Positions 22,420-34,700 of a DNA stretch of 61,549 nt are shown here, in pieces (the stretch's first letter is position 1; every line of letters begins with the position of its first letter). The stretch is from Chara braunii. Taxonomy: Eukaryota > Plantae > Charophyceae. Where the stretch lies: positions 5,673,143-5,734,691 of the forward strand of contig BFEA01000006.1 of assembly GCA_003427395.1 (NCBI GenBank), written 5' to 3'. Below the pieces are notes generated by a model that saw nothing but the letters and a program-made list of their open reading frames with translations, did not search any database and was not told the DNA's origin. The position numbers and the translations under genes are program-made.

Positions 22420-23177
22420 AGAGGTTAATTGAGAAGAAGAAAATGGAAGTTAATTTTTTGGGGTCAATCTTTCTCAACCAAGTGAAGAGATCTCCACCAG
22501 GTTGCAAGATGAGATTTGCAACCATGGGTTGTGGGCATCTTACAATTCGCATTAATCAAGTGAAGATTCTAGCCCTAGTAGATTCTAGGGCAAAGATGAT
22601 ACTTCTTTCATGAAGAACGATGGAAGCATGTAATTTATCTATAGTCAGACTTGTACAAAATGTACTGAGTAATATTGCAGGCGAGCTGTTCGTGGCAGGA
22701 TTCATTGATAATTTGCCTATCAAGGTAGGGACAATGACTGTGGAGTTATTGGGTTTTGTAGTACCGGATCTGGATCATGACTTCATCTTGGAAACTTCAT
22801 TCTTGCATAAGATGGAAGCGGTCCAATTTTTCAGTCATAAGGGGTCGTCCTGGATCAGTTTACAGGATTCTGAGACTGCTCAAGAGCAGACCTTTACGGT
22901 CGGTACGAAAAATGATTTCAAGCATCAACTATCTGTTAATTCGATCAGGAGAGAGGAATCTGCTGAAAGGGTTAGGAGACTAAAGGAGGAAGGAAAACGA
23001 GAAGCAAAAGAAGAGATTTCAGTGGGGATCAACCAAGTTTTGAAAATGATGAAAGTCCTTGGTAAACTCGAGGATGAGGACGGGCAAATTGAAGCCTTCA
23101 AGAAAGTTGTAGAAACTGCTAAGGGAGGAAAGATGAAATTGAGATTTGCATTGACTCACCCTTTTTTAGGAAAATAG
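22416..23177 (+). pseudogene. pol: Aspartic protease (degenerate)
   Basis: ILALVDSRA (D-S-G motif mutated) and downstream FVV...DFILET; in-frame stop at 22611-22613. Confidence 0.8.
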
Positions 23178-23212
23178 TCACTGGGTCAAAAAGAAAATAC
23201 AAGCCCAAGGGG

Positions 23213-24355
23213 GTGAAGAAAAACCCAGTGACAGTCTTAATAGAGAAATATTATGATGAAGCATTGAAAAAGGAAAGACAAATTATAAGAGCATTGAGGA
23301 AATCAACAAAATTGGAGAATAGAGTCACCAAAGAGAGATTCGACACAATGAAGATAGGCTCGGATCAATTTATCCTGCCTAAAGAGAAAAAATATGTCTT
23401 CAAAGTGTGTCAAGAATTCTCTGGTGCTTTCTCCTTTAATGATGAAGAGAGAGGGCGGTTGGGCGTGAACATGATCAAGATGGTTAATATCTGGACAGTT
23501 GATCATGTTCCATGGAATGATAGACCAACCAAGTATGCCCTAAAGGAAGAAGCGGAAGTAGTAAAGTACCTTGACAAGAAGATTGCATCTAATGTTGCTG
23601 AACCTGCTGATGGACCGTATGCTAACCACTGGTTTTGTTTCTGGAAACCAGGGGGCGGACTAAGATGGATACAGAATCTTCAGAAACTCAATTCTGTGAC
23701 GGTACATGATGCAGGGAGTCTTCCTAATGCTGATCTCCTCGCTGAATCCTTTGCTGGTCGATGTATTTATTCTCTAGTTGACCTGTATTCTGGCTATGAT
23801 CAGTTCCCTATTAATCCCACTAGCCGGCCAATGACTGTCATGCACATGCCAAGGGGGCTTGTTCAGATGTGCGTGGTACCTCAGGGCTGGACTAAAGGAG
23901 TGGCAGTGGTTCAAAAGGATATGATCAAAGTCATGCAGGATATTTCCCCTGAAATAACAAGTCTCTACATTAATGATAATCCTGTAAAAGGACCCTTGGT
24001 AAGAGATGAAACTTTGGTCGCAGGGGGAGTCAGGAAGTTTGTCTGGGAACATGCTGAAGGAGTAAAGATGGTCCTAGAAAAACTTTGGAAGTATAATCTG
24101 ACCGCCAGTGGGCCAAAGTCCCTTCTCTTCCAACCAGAAGTGATAATCTTGGGCTTCAGATGCTTCTCCAAGGGTAGGAGCTCAGATCCCAAGAAGATAG
24201 ACAAAATCTTTAACTGGCCTCTGCCTCACAAAACAGTAACAGATGTCAAGAGCTTTTTGAGAGTCTGTGGATTCTGGAGGATTTTTACTCCTCATTTTGC
24301 TGCCCTTGCAGAGCCTCTGAGAAAAATGGTAAGACAAGGGGCTAACTTAGCATGA
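23213..24355 (+). pseudogene. pol: Reverse transcriptase (catalytic YxDD degraded to YIND)
   Basis: LRWIQNLQKLN, YSLVDLYSGYDQ, VVPQGWT, YINDNPVKGP, VRKFVWEH, ILGF, VKSFL..CGFWRIF; the frame continues into RNase H past a probable TGG>TGA stop. Confidence 0.92.
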
Positions 24356-24385
24356 AATGATAAGAGACAGGCTGCAGCAGAAACG

Positions 24386-24946
24386 TTGAAAGAAAAACTA
24401 AGAGATGGCGGTGTAGTGCTGGGAGTACCATATTATGATGATGAGGAGACAAAACCTTTCATCATTGAGGCGGATGAAGGACCAGTTGCTCTGGGTGGAG
24501 TACTTATTCAGAAAGATGAAAATGGGAGAGAAAAACCTCTAAGATTTGAAAGCAGAACCCTCAATTCTACTGAAAGAGGCTACACCCAATTCAGGAAAGA
24601 GCTACTGTCAATCATCCATAGCCTCGGGTGCTTCAGGCACTACGTTTTGGGAAGGAGATTCATCATGAGGACTGATGCATCTGTTGTGATAGGTGTCATT
24701 AAAAAGCATCAACAGGTAGATCCAACAGTCAGCAGGTGGATCGCTTTCATCAGGACATATGATTTTAAATTGGAAAAGATTCCCACTGAGAAGAACAGAG
24801 CAAATGGCTTAAGCCGGATTGAGTGGCGAGAAGAAGAAGAAGATGTGAATGAAACAATTGAAGAATCTGCCTATGTTGATAATTTCCTTAATGAAAANGA
24901 TGATGAGGATTATGAGGCAGCATGCTCCTACAAGTGGAGTCTGTGA
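24386..24946 (+). pseudogene. pol: Ty3/gypsy RNase H
   Basis: FIIEAD...LGGVLIQ...PLRFESRTLNSTERGYTQ..KEL...FIMRTD...ANGLSR. Confidence 0.9.
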
Positions 24947-25269
24947 CCTGAAGAGAGAGATAGTTGGGGTAAAATCCCAAGTGCATACATTTATGAATCG
25001 ATTTTTGGGAAAGAGGAAGAAGATGAACCGAACGATTGGTATGCCAGAGTTAATGCAGCAGCAGTGACTGCTCATGAGATTGGGGAAAAGTTCAGGTTCA
25101 AAGGAAGAAGAAGAGAGTGAAAAGAAGGAAGAAGAGATATTTTTCTTCTTTGAAGAATATGATGAAGATCATCAAGAGATTGGTAGAAAGATAGAAAGGG
25201 AGCAGCTAAAAGAATATTATTGTAAAGATTCAAGGAAAAAATTTCAGGCTAAAAAGAGGACATCTCTTT

Positions 25270-26457
25270 GTGGATGGTAAGGGAGGCCTACCTCCACTAA
25301 GAGTGGTCTGTGGTAAAGAGAGGCAGTTAGACATAATTGCTGCTCTACATGAAGGGGTTGTCGGTGGCCACAGGGCTGCTGAGGCTACCTACTCCAAGAC
25401 TGGTAAACTCTACTCTTGGTTTGACATGAGAGATATGATTTTCAGATACTGTAAATCATGTGTCTTATGTTAGAAGAGGTGTACCACAAGGATGATTGAG
25501 CCCCTATTTCCTACAATCCTGGTAGAGTCAGGTAGTAGAGTTTATCTGGATCTCATCACTATGCCTTCAGGCAAGGGTGGGATGAGATACATACTAAACA
25601 TGAGAGATAATTTATCTGGATACGTTGAGGCAAAAACTCTGAAAAGAAAGACAGTCGAGCAAGTGGCTGATTGGATAGAGGAAGTTTATCTCAGGTATCC
25701 TTTTATCAGAAAATTTGTCTCAGACAGAGGATCAGAATTCAGAAATGAGGTTGTCAGAAGAATTACACTCAGATTGGGTGTCAGAATTCGATATGTGACT
25801 ACTTACCATCCTCAAGCGAATGCACCTGTTGAAAGAGGCCACAAAACTCTGAAAGATTCATTGGTCAAGTGGTGTGAAGGGAAACTCAGTAACTGACCAA
25901 AGGTGTTAAGAGTTGTTGTATATGCTGATAATATCACAGTCAAGAGGACTACTGGTTATGCACATTTTACTCTGTGGTACGGCCGATATGCTACATTGTC
26001 TATTGAAAGTATTGTCAAGACATGGTCAAGTCAAGAAAATGACAGGCATTATTCTATTTCAGAACTCCTTCAGATCAGAATGAGAGAGATATCTGAAGTC
26101 GATCAGGCAGTGATGGATGCAGCAGAGAGAATGGCATCCAGCAGGCTATCAGATCAAGAAAGATGGAACAAGAAAAGATATATAAGAAAAGAGAATTTGA
26201 AGATTGGAGATGTTGTTCTTCTGTTTGACAGTCCCTTTGAGACACAATGGACTAAAAGATTGGAGCCTGGATGACTTGGTCCTTACAAAATCACAGGAGA
26301 GGCAGAGGGCAAGGTTTATGAGATCTCATAAATGGATGGATTCAGGGTTCATGACATGGTATCAAGATCAAGACTTCGTAAGTTCATCTTTAGAGACCCT
26401 GACTTCATCCCAACAGTGACTCCAAAGAGAGGAAAGAGAAGTCAACCATCCAAGTAA
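25270..26457 (+). pseudogene. pol: Integrase (HHCC, DDE core, GPY/F), no chromodomain evident
   Basis: LHEGVVGGH...CKSCVLC; VYLDL...DNLSGYVEA...VSDRGSEF...YHPQANAPVERGH; *LGPYKI; several in-frame stops; ends TAA 26455-26457. Confidence 0.9.
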
Positions 26458-27060
26458 GAGAACGGTCATAAAGGACTGAGAAAGAGTACAGAAAGACACT
26501 GAGACAGTGAGGTTCAATTATCAGCAGATAATGATCATTCTTGCATAGTCAATTCAATATTTCAGTTTCAGTGTTTCAGTTTCAGCATCCTCGTTACAAT
26601 ATTCCAGTTTTCAGCAAGTCATTTCATTATCTATTTCAGCAAGCAACTAAATTAATGAGACTATATCTTGGATGCGGTGCTGCAGTCGTTCCATGAGTGT
26701 CAAGTCCTGAGAGTGGAAAGTAACTATGAGTACAGTTCTTGGAGCATTGACATAGTATCAAGATCTGAGAAACTCACGGTTGTGGCACATCAAATGATAT
26801 AAGCGGTATTATTCTTATCACAAAGAAAAAGCATGATGGGCGTAAAGAAGTTCAGTTCTGTCTGATTGAAAGTTATCAGCAGAAGGACTTCGTGTCTCTA
26901 ACTAAGTTGTTCATCCAAGAGATTCAGACAAAAGCAGGCATAAAAAAGTTCAGCTTTATTTGACTGAGAGTGGTCAGTAGAGGAACTTCGTGCTTCTTGG
27001 CTAAGGGTCTGTCTTCACTCGGATGAGGAAAGCGACCTCTCTGAGATTATTGTTTCAGTA

Positions 27061-27242
27061 TTTCCTTGAGACTGACGGGACGTCTCTCGGAAAAGAAATC
27101 CCAGTTGAGAGAAGAGACCTCTCTTGGGCTAACACTAAGTTTTTTTTGCTTGAGGCTGGAAGGAGGTCTCTTGCGAATCCTTAGTGTTGGCTAGCATGTT
27201 ATTGTTCAGTGCCTCTCGAGACTGAAGGGAGGTCTCTTGAGA
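27061..27242 (+). repeat. Three hairpins GAGRC-TGNNRGGAS-GTCTC with different outer stems
   Basis: At 27068, 27152 and 27218; related copies at ~27923 and ~28114. Confidence 0.65.
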
Positions 27243-27596
27243 ATGTTTGTCCTGTTATGGGGCGTGGGTAGTCTGCTTGTATGTTATGTTATGCTTGCCT
27301 GATTGTCTGTGTCTGGGGTTTTCTTCTCTAACCTAAGGGTGCGTTGATTGTCGGGGCCAGCCAGAGCCTTACCGCAGTAGGTTGCAATTTGGTGGAGTCA
27401 GCAGGTCCCCAAAGCGAGTGTCGAATTCCGTAGTCAGTTGAGGCTAAGACTCTTGGAGTCTGGCCCATGAGGCTGAAAGGGGTCTGCTGGAACCCTACCG
27501 TAGTAAGAGGATGCAATCCAGTGAGGTTAGCCAGAGTCTGGAACTGTGGTTAGACCGGGTCCCACGTTCGAAAATCTGGGCGGGGTAGCCAGTGCC

Positions 27597-28356
27597 CTTT
27601 CAAGTAAATATTTGTATACCTGCAAAACCAGCGAGTCCCACAAACAACAAACATGCCCCAGCAAGCAGACCCTCTGACAACAAGCAGTTAAACATAAACA
27701 AATTAAAATAAAACCCATAAATAAAATAAAAAATAAAAAATAATAATTAATACACAACAACTCTTCGTACCCAAGATTTATTGATTGCCTTGGTTTCGGC
27801 CCACCACTGGCCAGGAATGTCAGACGTCTCGTCAGTCTAACGTACCTCATTTGACCCGCCTCAGGCCAGGACTAGTCAGACCATCTGTCTTGACAGCCCC
27901 TTTGACCAGATTCGGGACAGTCGGACTGACGGGACGTCTACTGTCATAGGGTGACCAGACCCGCAATAGTCTGGGTGTCCTGGCGAGAGTGTCAAAGGGC
28001 TGTCATACTCAAGTAGTGGGTATGATTGGTCCTGACCTGGAGGTAGATCAAAGGGGTTGTCAAGACAGATGGTCTGACTAGTCCTGGCCTGAGGCGGGCC
28101 AAATGAGGTATGTTAGACTGACGAGACGTCTGACATTCCTGGCCAGTGGTGGGCCGAAACCAAGGCAATCAATAAATCTTGGGTACGAAGAGTTGTTGTG
28201 TATTAATTATTATTTTTTATTTTTTATTTTATTTATGGGTTTTATTTTAATTTGTTTATGTTTAACTGCTTGTTGTCAGAGGGTCTGCTTGCTGGGGCAT
28301 GTTTGTTGTTTGTGGGACTCGCTGGTTTTGCAGGTATACAAATATTTACTTGAAAG
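27597..28356. repeat. Long inverted repeat: 309-bp arms (27597-27905 / 28048-28356), 142-nt loop
   Basis: Arms are reverse complements without indels and with about 3 mismatches by eye. This explains the twin ORFs 27527-27850(-) and 28103-28417(+). Confidence 0.95.
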
Positions 28357-28875
28357 TTCCCAGGCGAGAGGAAATGAAAAGGGTTTGGTATCCCCTCCCT
28401 TTTATCTGAGAAGTTGATAAGATGTCTCACTCAGACCGGAGAAAGAAAACAAGGGTTTGGTATCCCCATCAGGTGCTCGAGAGGCTGAGACATTTCACTC
28501 GGACCAGAGAACAGAAAAGAGGGTTTGGTATACCTTATTCCCAGCATAGCGGACAGAGTGAGTACCCTCGTTACTAGGGTCATCCTTGGCGTAAATGCCT
28601 GATCAAGAGCTGAGGTAACCTCCATGTGAAGAGCCAACAGTTGAACAAGTCAAACATTCAGACAAAATCCTTCTTAAAATTTTATTTTGTGGCCGACAAG
28701 CGGCCTGGTTCACGAGGAACCTGCATCCCTGGCCTTAAAGAAGCCAAACTCTCAGGCCTGGGACACTATGGAATGGACAGTGAACTGAAAAAAAAAAAAT
28801 TAACCGAAATCATATTCAAAAAGCTGAGAAGAAATCATGCTTATATAAGACATAGAAGATGGCCAAGAGCTCAAG

Positions 28876-29286
28876 CTAGAAAAGAAAGAGAAGGAAGAAA
28901 ATGTTAAGGAGAATGCAGTGGTTAGGGTGATGAGGTGGCGAGACAATGCATGGAACAGAGGACGGCGGAGATGGCACTATGGCCTTACTCACGGAAGGGG
29001 TGGAAGAAGACCTAGCGATATAAGGGGGAAAAGAAGCATTAGGTGTGGTGTAGCGCGCATCAAACTTCTTTCGGAGGTATTCCATCCTGTCTGGTGATGG
29101 AGTTTTCTCGTACCACCCTGATGATGGATAACGCGGATAGGGTCTTGGATGCGCGTAGCTTCTTAGTTCTTCTTCCTCCTCCTCTTCTAAACTATAAGCG
29201 CGCCGTGCCCTAACTGGCGGCTCCTCCTTAGCCTTCCCTGTCCTTCCTCCTCTTCCTCTACCCTGTCCGCGGCGTGCCTCACGCAT
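28876..29286 (-). CDS. Antisense hypothetical protein in the 3' internal region (136 aa)
   Basis: ATG-started ORF with RG-rich, acidic and Pro/Ser-rich blocks; no recognisable domain. Confidence 0.35.
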   Translation of the reverse strand: MREARRGQGRGRGGRTGKAKEEPPVRARRAYSLEEEEEEELRSYAHPRPYPRYPSSGWYEKTPSPDRMEYLRKKFDARYTTPNASFPPYIARSSSTPSVSKAIVPSPPSSVPCIVSPPHHPNHCILLNIFFLLFLF

Positions 29287-29635
29287 GATGCACGTGAGGT
29301 GGCTAAAGGCTATGACTGAGAGGGATGTGTGATTGAAGTTTACAATGATGAGATGGATCCTGAGAGCGAGAGCGAGAGACCACTAACCACGCCGACCTCG
29401 GGAGACTATGGCATGCTATGTGAGAGAGAAGATAAGCGCTAGAAGAAAACTCAAGCGCAGAGAGAAGACGAACGCTAAGGGAAGAATGAACATTAAAGAG
29501 GAAGACGGGAGACTAATAATGCAAGGCCGCAATGCGGATACCACAACAAAACACGAGTGAAAATGAATAAGAAAGTTGTCTGCTGTGCTGGTTTAATACT
29601 CAAAATGTAATGTGTTTCGACCCAGCGGGGATGCT

Positions 29636-29654
29636 GGGTGGGGGTTTGGTATTA
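29636..29654 (+). promoter_or_regulatory. Putative atypical polypurine tract
   Basis: GGGTGGGGGTTTGGTATTA abuts the 3' LTR start; G-rich but not purine-only. Confidence 0.4.
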
Positions 29655-30533
29655 TGTCGGAGGGCGTGGTGTCCCAGCCCTCCTCTGTATACCAAGTTCC
29701 TATTTGGTACCACTCTTTGTTTCAATGTTGTGGTCCTGTGGTGGTTCCCAGACCACTAAGATCCTTAGTACCAGGGTCATATCGTGATATGGACCGACCC
29801 TGTTGATGCCTGCTTTTGCAAAAGGTGCGCCACAAGGCCTTCCACTGGTCCACGCAGGTTCGGTGCCCTGCTGTACAGCAGAGCATGACCGGCCTGTAGC
29901 CATGGTAGTCTCCGGGTCCACTCTGGGACGCAGGGGTGAAAGGACTAGCTCAGTCTTTTCAACCTCGCACCTGTATTGAGTTATGGGATAGGTGCACGGG
30001 ACAGAAATCGATGCCAAGAGAGAAAAGAGAAAAGGAAAAATAAAATGCCAGACTTAAGCTCACCTTTTGTACAGGAAAAATCCAGTGGCCTCAGGCCACT
30101 GTGATGCTACGATTTCCATTCTATTTTTTTTTGGGGAAGATATTATTAGTATGATTATTATTGTTATTTACCTAATTTTCTTACTTCCGGTTTCTCAATG
30201 GTCGTTCTGTCACTTCGTAGGGGAGGCCGCCGATTCAGGTTTTGGACTGCAACTGTGGTCTCATGGTCAGGGTCTTACCGACCTCTTGTATGTCGCCTGT
30301 ACCAGACCTGTGTGTTCAGGACCGCGCGGACCCCGGTGGCCGGGTTAAGGGGCAGATACGGTAATAACTAAAAAGGAAAAAATAAGAGAAGAAATAAAAG
30401 GAAGGGAAGAGAATGAAAATCGGGTTATAAACGTGTGCGTGAACGTGGGTTGTTGTTCAGGCAAGACTGCTGCACGAAGAGATCCTTCGACTTCAACCTT
30501 TTTTTTTTTTCCGTCTCCTTTTTTTTTCCTACA

Positions 30534-30623
<90 letters not shown>

Positions 30624-31365
30624 TATTTATTACTACTAAGTTTTTCTAAGTTTGGTTTTCTACCTGTTGGCTTGTCCTTTCGCGGGAAGGCAACGGTTCG
30701 AATTTCGAAGTCAACAGTCGGTGGCCTAAGTAGGCCAATCTTGCATATACTGTCTGCAGGTGGGCCCCGATCTGGTGCTATGCTGTAAGACCCCAAAAGG
30801 AGAGCGACCCGCGACCGCATCGGTAGGAAGCATATCGCCCCCCACGGAGGGTCATAAGCCTCCTCCTTGCCATCGAGCACGGGCACCCGATAGAAGTAGG
30901 TTGAAGGCATATCTTGAAGAAAGACGGAGATCCGTCGGTATCCCGTTATGGGACCGCCGCGTCGGATCCTTAAGTCGCTTTTCAGGCCAGAAGAGTTTTA
31001 GTGGCCGGAAACAGAAGTAGATGCGGTGACCGTTGAGTTCTGAACTCGTACACCTCCTAAATTGTCTAGTTTTAATTATTTTATTAATTTTTTTTTTTTT
31101 TAATTATCTTCAAATCAAAAAGAGAAGGGGGTTGAAAAGGACTGTTTGGAGTCTGTCAATTAGAACGCAGAGACCGCTGTCACCTTGAGCCCTATAAAAT
31201 AGGGGTTGTTACCTATGAGGGGCATGTTATTGCTCTGCGGGTGTGAGCGGCAATACACGTTGTGGCTTCGATTTTTCGATAGTCAGGACTGTCTGTTCAG
31301 TAGACTCGCGTGCTGGTTAGTACAGACTGAGCACTTGGCGTTGGCTACGGAGGGAGAGAGNGGCT

Positions 31366-31788
31366 ATGGAAGATCGGAACGGCTTGCGCGGCTATCGACC
31401 GCGGTATATGAAGTACTCCTGGATGTGGGAGCGGGAAGATGAGAAGGGTACTGTGGTGGAGACTATACTGACTTTTGGTAAACCTGACGGGGAGGTGAGG
31501 CTAAAGATTAACGTGTGCGGTGGTAAAGAACAGGAGATGAGGAGGGATGAAAAGGCGCAGGCCGCGGTTACCGAGGCCCGTAACAGGGCCGAACGAAGGT
31601 GCAGGCGGGATGGAGTAACTGCGAGCATGCGGGTAACGGTCACTTACCACGAAGATGATTCATCAACCGGGACCATGACGAGGGAGGAGCAGCACAATGA
31701 CCGGGACTCAGAGGGTGAGTCAGAGATGAGTGACACAAATGCTGCTCAGGCCTGGCACGACCAGGAGCGGTATGAGGCTGGGCCCTAG
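31366..31788 (+). CDS. LTR-encoded hypothetical protein (copy of 10822-11244)
   Basis: Identical translation to the 5' LTR copy. Confidence 0.45.
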   Translation: MEDRNGLRGYRPRYMKYSWMWEREDEKGTVVETILTFGKPDGEVRLKINVCGGKEQEMRRDEKAQAAVTEARNRAERRCRRDGVTASMRVTVTYHEDDSSTGTMTREEQHNDRDSEGESEMSDTNAAQAWHDQERYEAGP

Positions 31789-34700
31789 GCACAAAAGGGG
31801 GCTGTCAACAGAGCGGGGAAAAAGAAAATACCGCGAGGGCAGCACACTGAGGCAGGGGTTCGGATGAGACGCGCGTAAAATCTANGAGTGAAATACGAAC
31901 TAGAGACGGGTACCTCGCGCGCGAAAAAAAAGGACACAAGGCTTATGCGAGCAGAGGTCAGCGGGAGCACAAAAAAGGTTGTTGNTGTTGACGTCAACCT
32001 CGTCTCTTGGCTTGCCACGAGAGGTTTGAGTGAACACGAGTACGTGTGAGGGCGAGCAAGAGACAATAAATTAGTAGGGGTCATAGAGAGCAGAGAGACA
32101 TGTTTCTCGAACGTGTAAGCTCACTAGTGAGAATTGGACAAAGGCTGCGGAGGATCTTTTAGTTGACGTCATCAGTAACAAGGGAGAGAGAAGAGGCTAG
32201 TGAGAGAGTAAAAGAGGCGGAACCTTAGATATAGAGAGATCGTGCGTAGTAGAGACCAGTTCGAATGTGGCGAGTGGGGGCTAACACGGGCCGGGAGAGA
32301 TTGGTGATATCAACCCCGTCCTCGATCTGGTCACAAAGGTTTTGAGCAAGCACGAGTAGTGGAGGAAGGGTAGCCGTGAGTATGATTTTCGTGGCGTGGG
32401 CGTACGGACACTGAAGCTTTCAATCTTGTTGGTTTCACGTACTTGAGACAGTAGAGCGAAAGAGAGTTGATTAGGCGGATATGTCTCAAGATTGGGATCA
32501 GGAGTCAAAGGGACTACGCGAGGATGTGTGACTCTCGGGCAGGACAATACGATACGCGCAGGAGGACAAAGAGAGGGGAGGGTGTCAACGAGGTGTGTTC
32601 TCGAACACATGCGTATCTGGTACTTGCTGATTAGATTAGTTGACGTCAGCAACGATCTTCGTATACGCGTGTGAGGTTTGCTCTGGACAGCGTATCTATG
32701 GGTTTTTCGGCTCAACAGTGAGAGTACAAGACTATTGCCTACGAGGGAAAGAAAGGAAGGGTCTGGGAGTGTGCGTGTTGAGTAGTTGGAGGCAATTTAG
32801 TGGCAATTTTGACTTCCGGGTGAAAGAAACGTGCGCGAGTGAACCAGCAGGGAGGAGCGTATGGATGCAAAAGAAGGGCTTCGCTAATACTTATCGTGTT
32901 ACGAGCGTGTACTCCTCACCCAATTCTGAAGACTAGCCACCCGTGCGGGACTCATTCTCTTTTGTAGGCCACAGTGATCGTGGTCAATGTCTAGCGGCCT
33001 GTCTGTGTTTAGAGCTTCAGATGAGTGGGAGAACGCGTGATCGAGGTCCGAGTGTGATCGAGAGCCATGGAAAGGAGATTAGACTATGAGCCATGATGTG
33101 GATCAAACTAAGCGCAGTTTAACTTCAAAGTTGACATCAACTTCTTGCCACGACTCCTGTTTTTGACATAGCGAAGCAAACATAACGGGGAAGACCAGTA
33201 CTTGAAAGCGCTAAATGAATCACGGGGAGGAGGCTGGGAGACCAAAATAAGAGTGACGCGATCCAATGTGGGGAATGAATGTAGGTGAACAGTGAGCATG
33301 ACGCACTGGGATAACTTGTGAGGTATGGGTGATCAGGTGTCGTCAGCCTTTGTTCTGGTTGGTTACTGTTCGTAGACGTCCCTGTGCCTCATAACTGTGT
33401 CCATGGCTCGGATTTAGGGAAGAGTGACGAAGTGGCTAACAAAACCAGAGTGATAAACTCTGTTTGATTAGTTCCTTTCCAGTGCGGAACAGGCAAGCAT
33501 GTGATCTAACTGCTGACTCTCTCTCAAAGGTGATCGACCTTTGCAACTGCGTTGTTTCTTTGGTCCTTTATCTTCAGAGTCAATCTTGGGCAAACACTCA
33601 TTCCTTCTTTGGCGACTATCATCTGTTTCTTCTTCGTGCTGATGAGGCTATGGAAAGGTATGAATCTGAGATACTTTGTTCAGGCTGAACAGACGGTCGT
33701 TGTTTGAAGTGGAAATCATCCTTCCAAATTGTGATCTGGTCTTGAGGGTGGTCTTGATATACAAGATTGTTGTTCTGAAAGTTTTCTCTCCTCCACTCGG
33801 ACTTGCTCACTGGCGACCCTTTTTCTTTGTTAATAATTTTCTTTCTCCCTGTTGAGGGATAGGTACTAACTAATTTACTGTTACTTGATGGTCAACTAGT
33901 ACGATCTAACTAATTCTGAATTTCTCAGTGTGGTCTTACCGTTAGCCCTCCTTTATTCCGTAAAGACGAAGGGTAAAACTGAGGGGGAATCTCTCATATT
34001 GATGACCGAGTTTCAGGGAAAATCTAAGGGGAGATGTGAAGTCAGATAATGAGGCCCTGATATATTCAATAATTACTATTTGCACCCCTCATCAAAAAGA
34101 AAAGCCGTGCAAAATGGTGTTGGCCGAACCAGGAGAGGTTCTTGATTAGTATCTGGTGCCCTCTGAATAGGGTTCTGCTAAATGAGATGATCGAGAGTAG
34201 CAGCATTTTCGGTTTGTGTGATTGTTCACGCTTGCCAAATGGAAAAAAAACGTGCTATATTCAGAAAAATTGCATACGTGCTTGCGAAGCGCCTGCTTGA
34301 TGGTGATTGACCGTCTGTCCCAACCGTGTTTTGTTGAGTGTCAATTCAAAGAAGAGAGATGTGAGTTCTCTTGCTATGCCTTGGGGAATCTGTCTTCGTT
34401 CATTCTGAGAGGGTGAGCTAGCTTGTCCTTCTTCCTGGGAAGGATGTCTACGCCACATTTAAGAATGGAGAGCAACAAGCTTGTCCTAACAGATCCCCTG
34501 TAATAAGTGTCAGCAGTAGTAAGCTCCTATGTGCCCCAAAATGCTCGAGGCAATTGGCCAAAGTCCCTATCTCTACGGACTAGATAAAACAAACTAGAGA
34601 TGTGAGCTGCGAACTGATTAAGGATGTTAGTAAACTACTCCCAGTGCTTTTTGTACCATATCGAAACTGATAAGCTAAGAACGACAGGGCAGCGTACTTT

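Noticed and set aside
23966-23980. Novel RT active site YIND
   Set aside because: More simply G>A decay of YIDD, consistent with many other transition lesions (DSR protease, ANGLSR, TGG>TGA stops).
27527-28417. Two near-identical ~105-aa genes on opposite strands
   Set aside because: A by-product of the inverted repeat; low-complexity AT-rich translation.
30433-30788. Poly-Leu / poly-Ile membrane-like ORFs
   Set aside because: Translations of a (TTA)n expansion that is much shorter in the 5' LTR.
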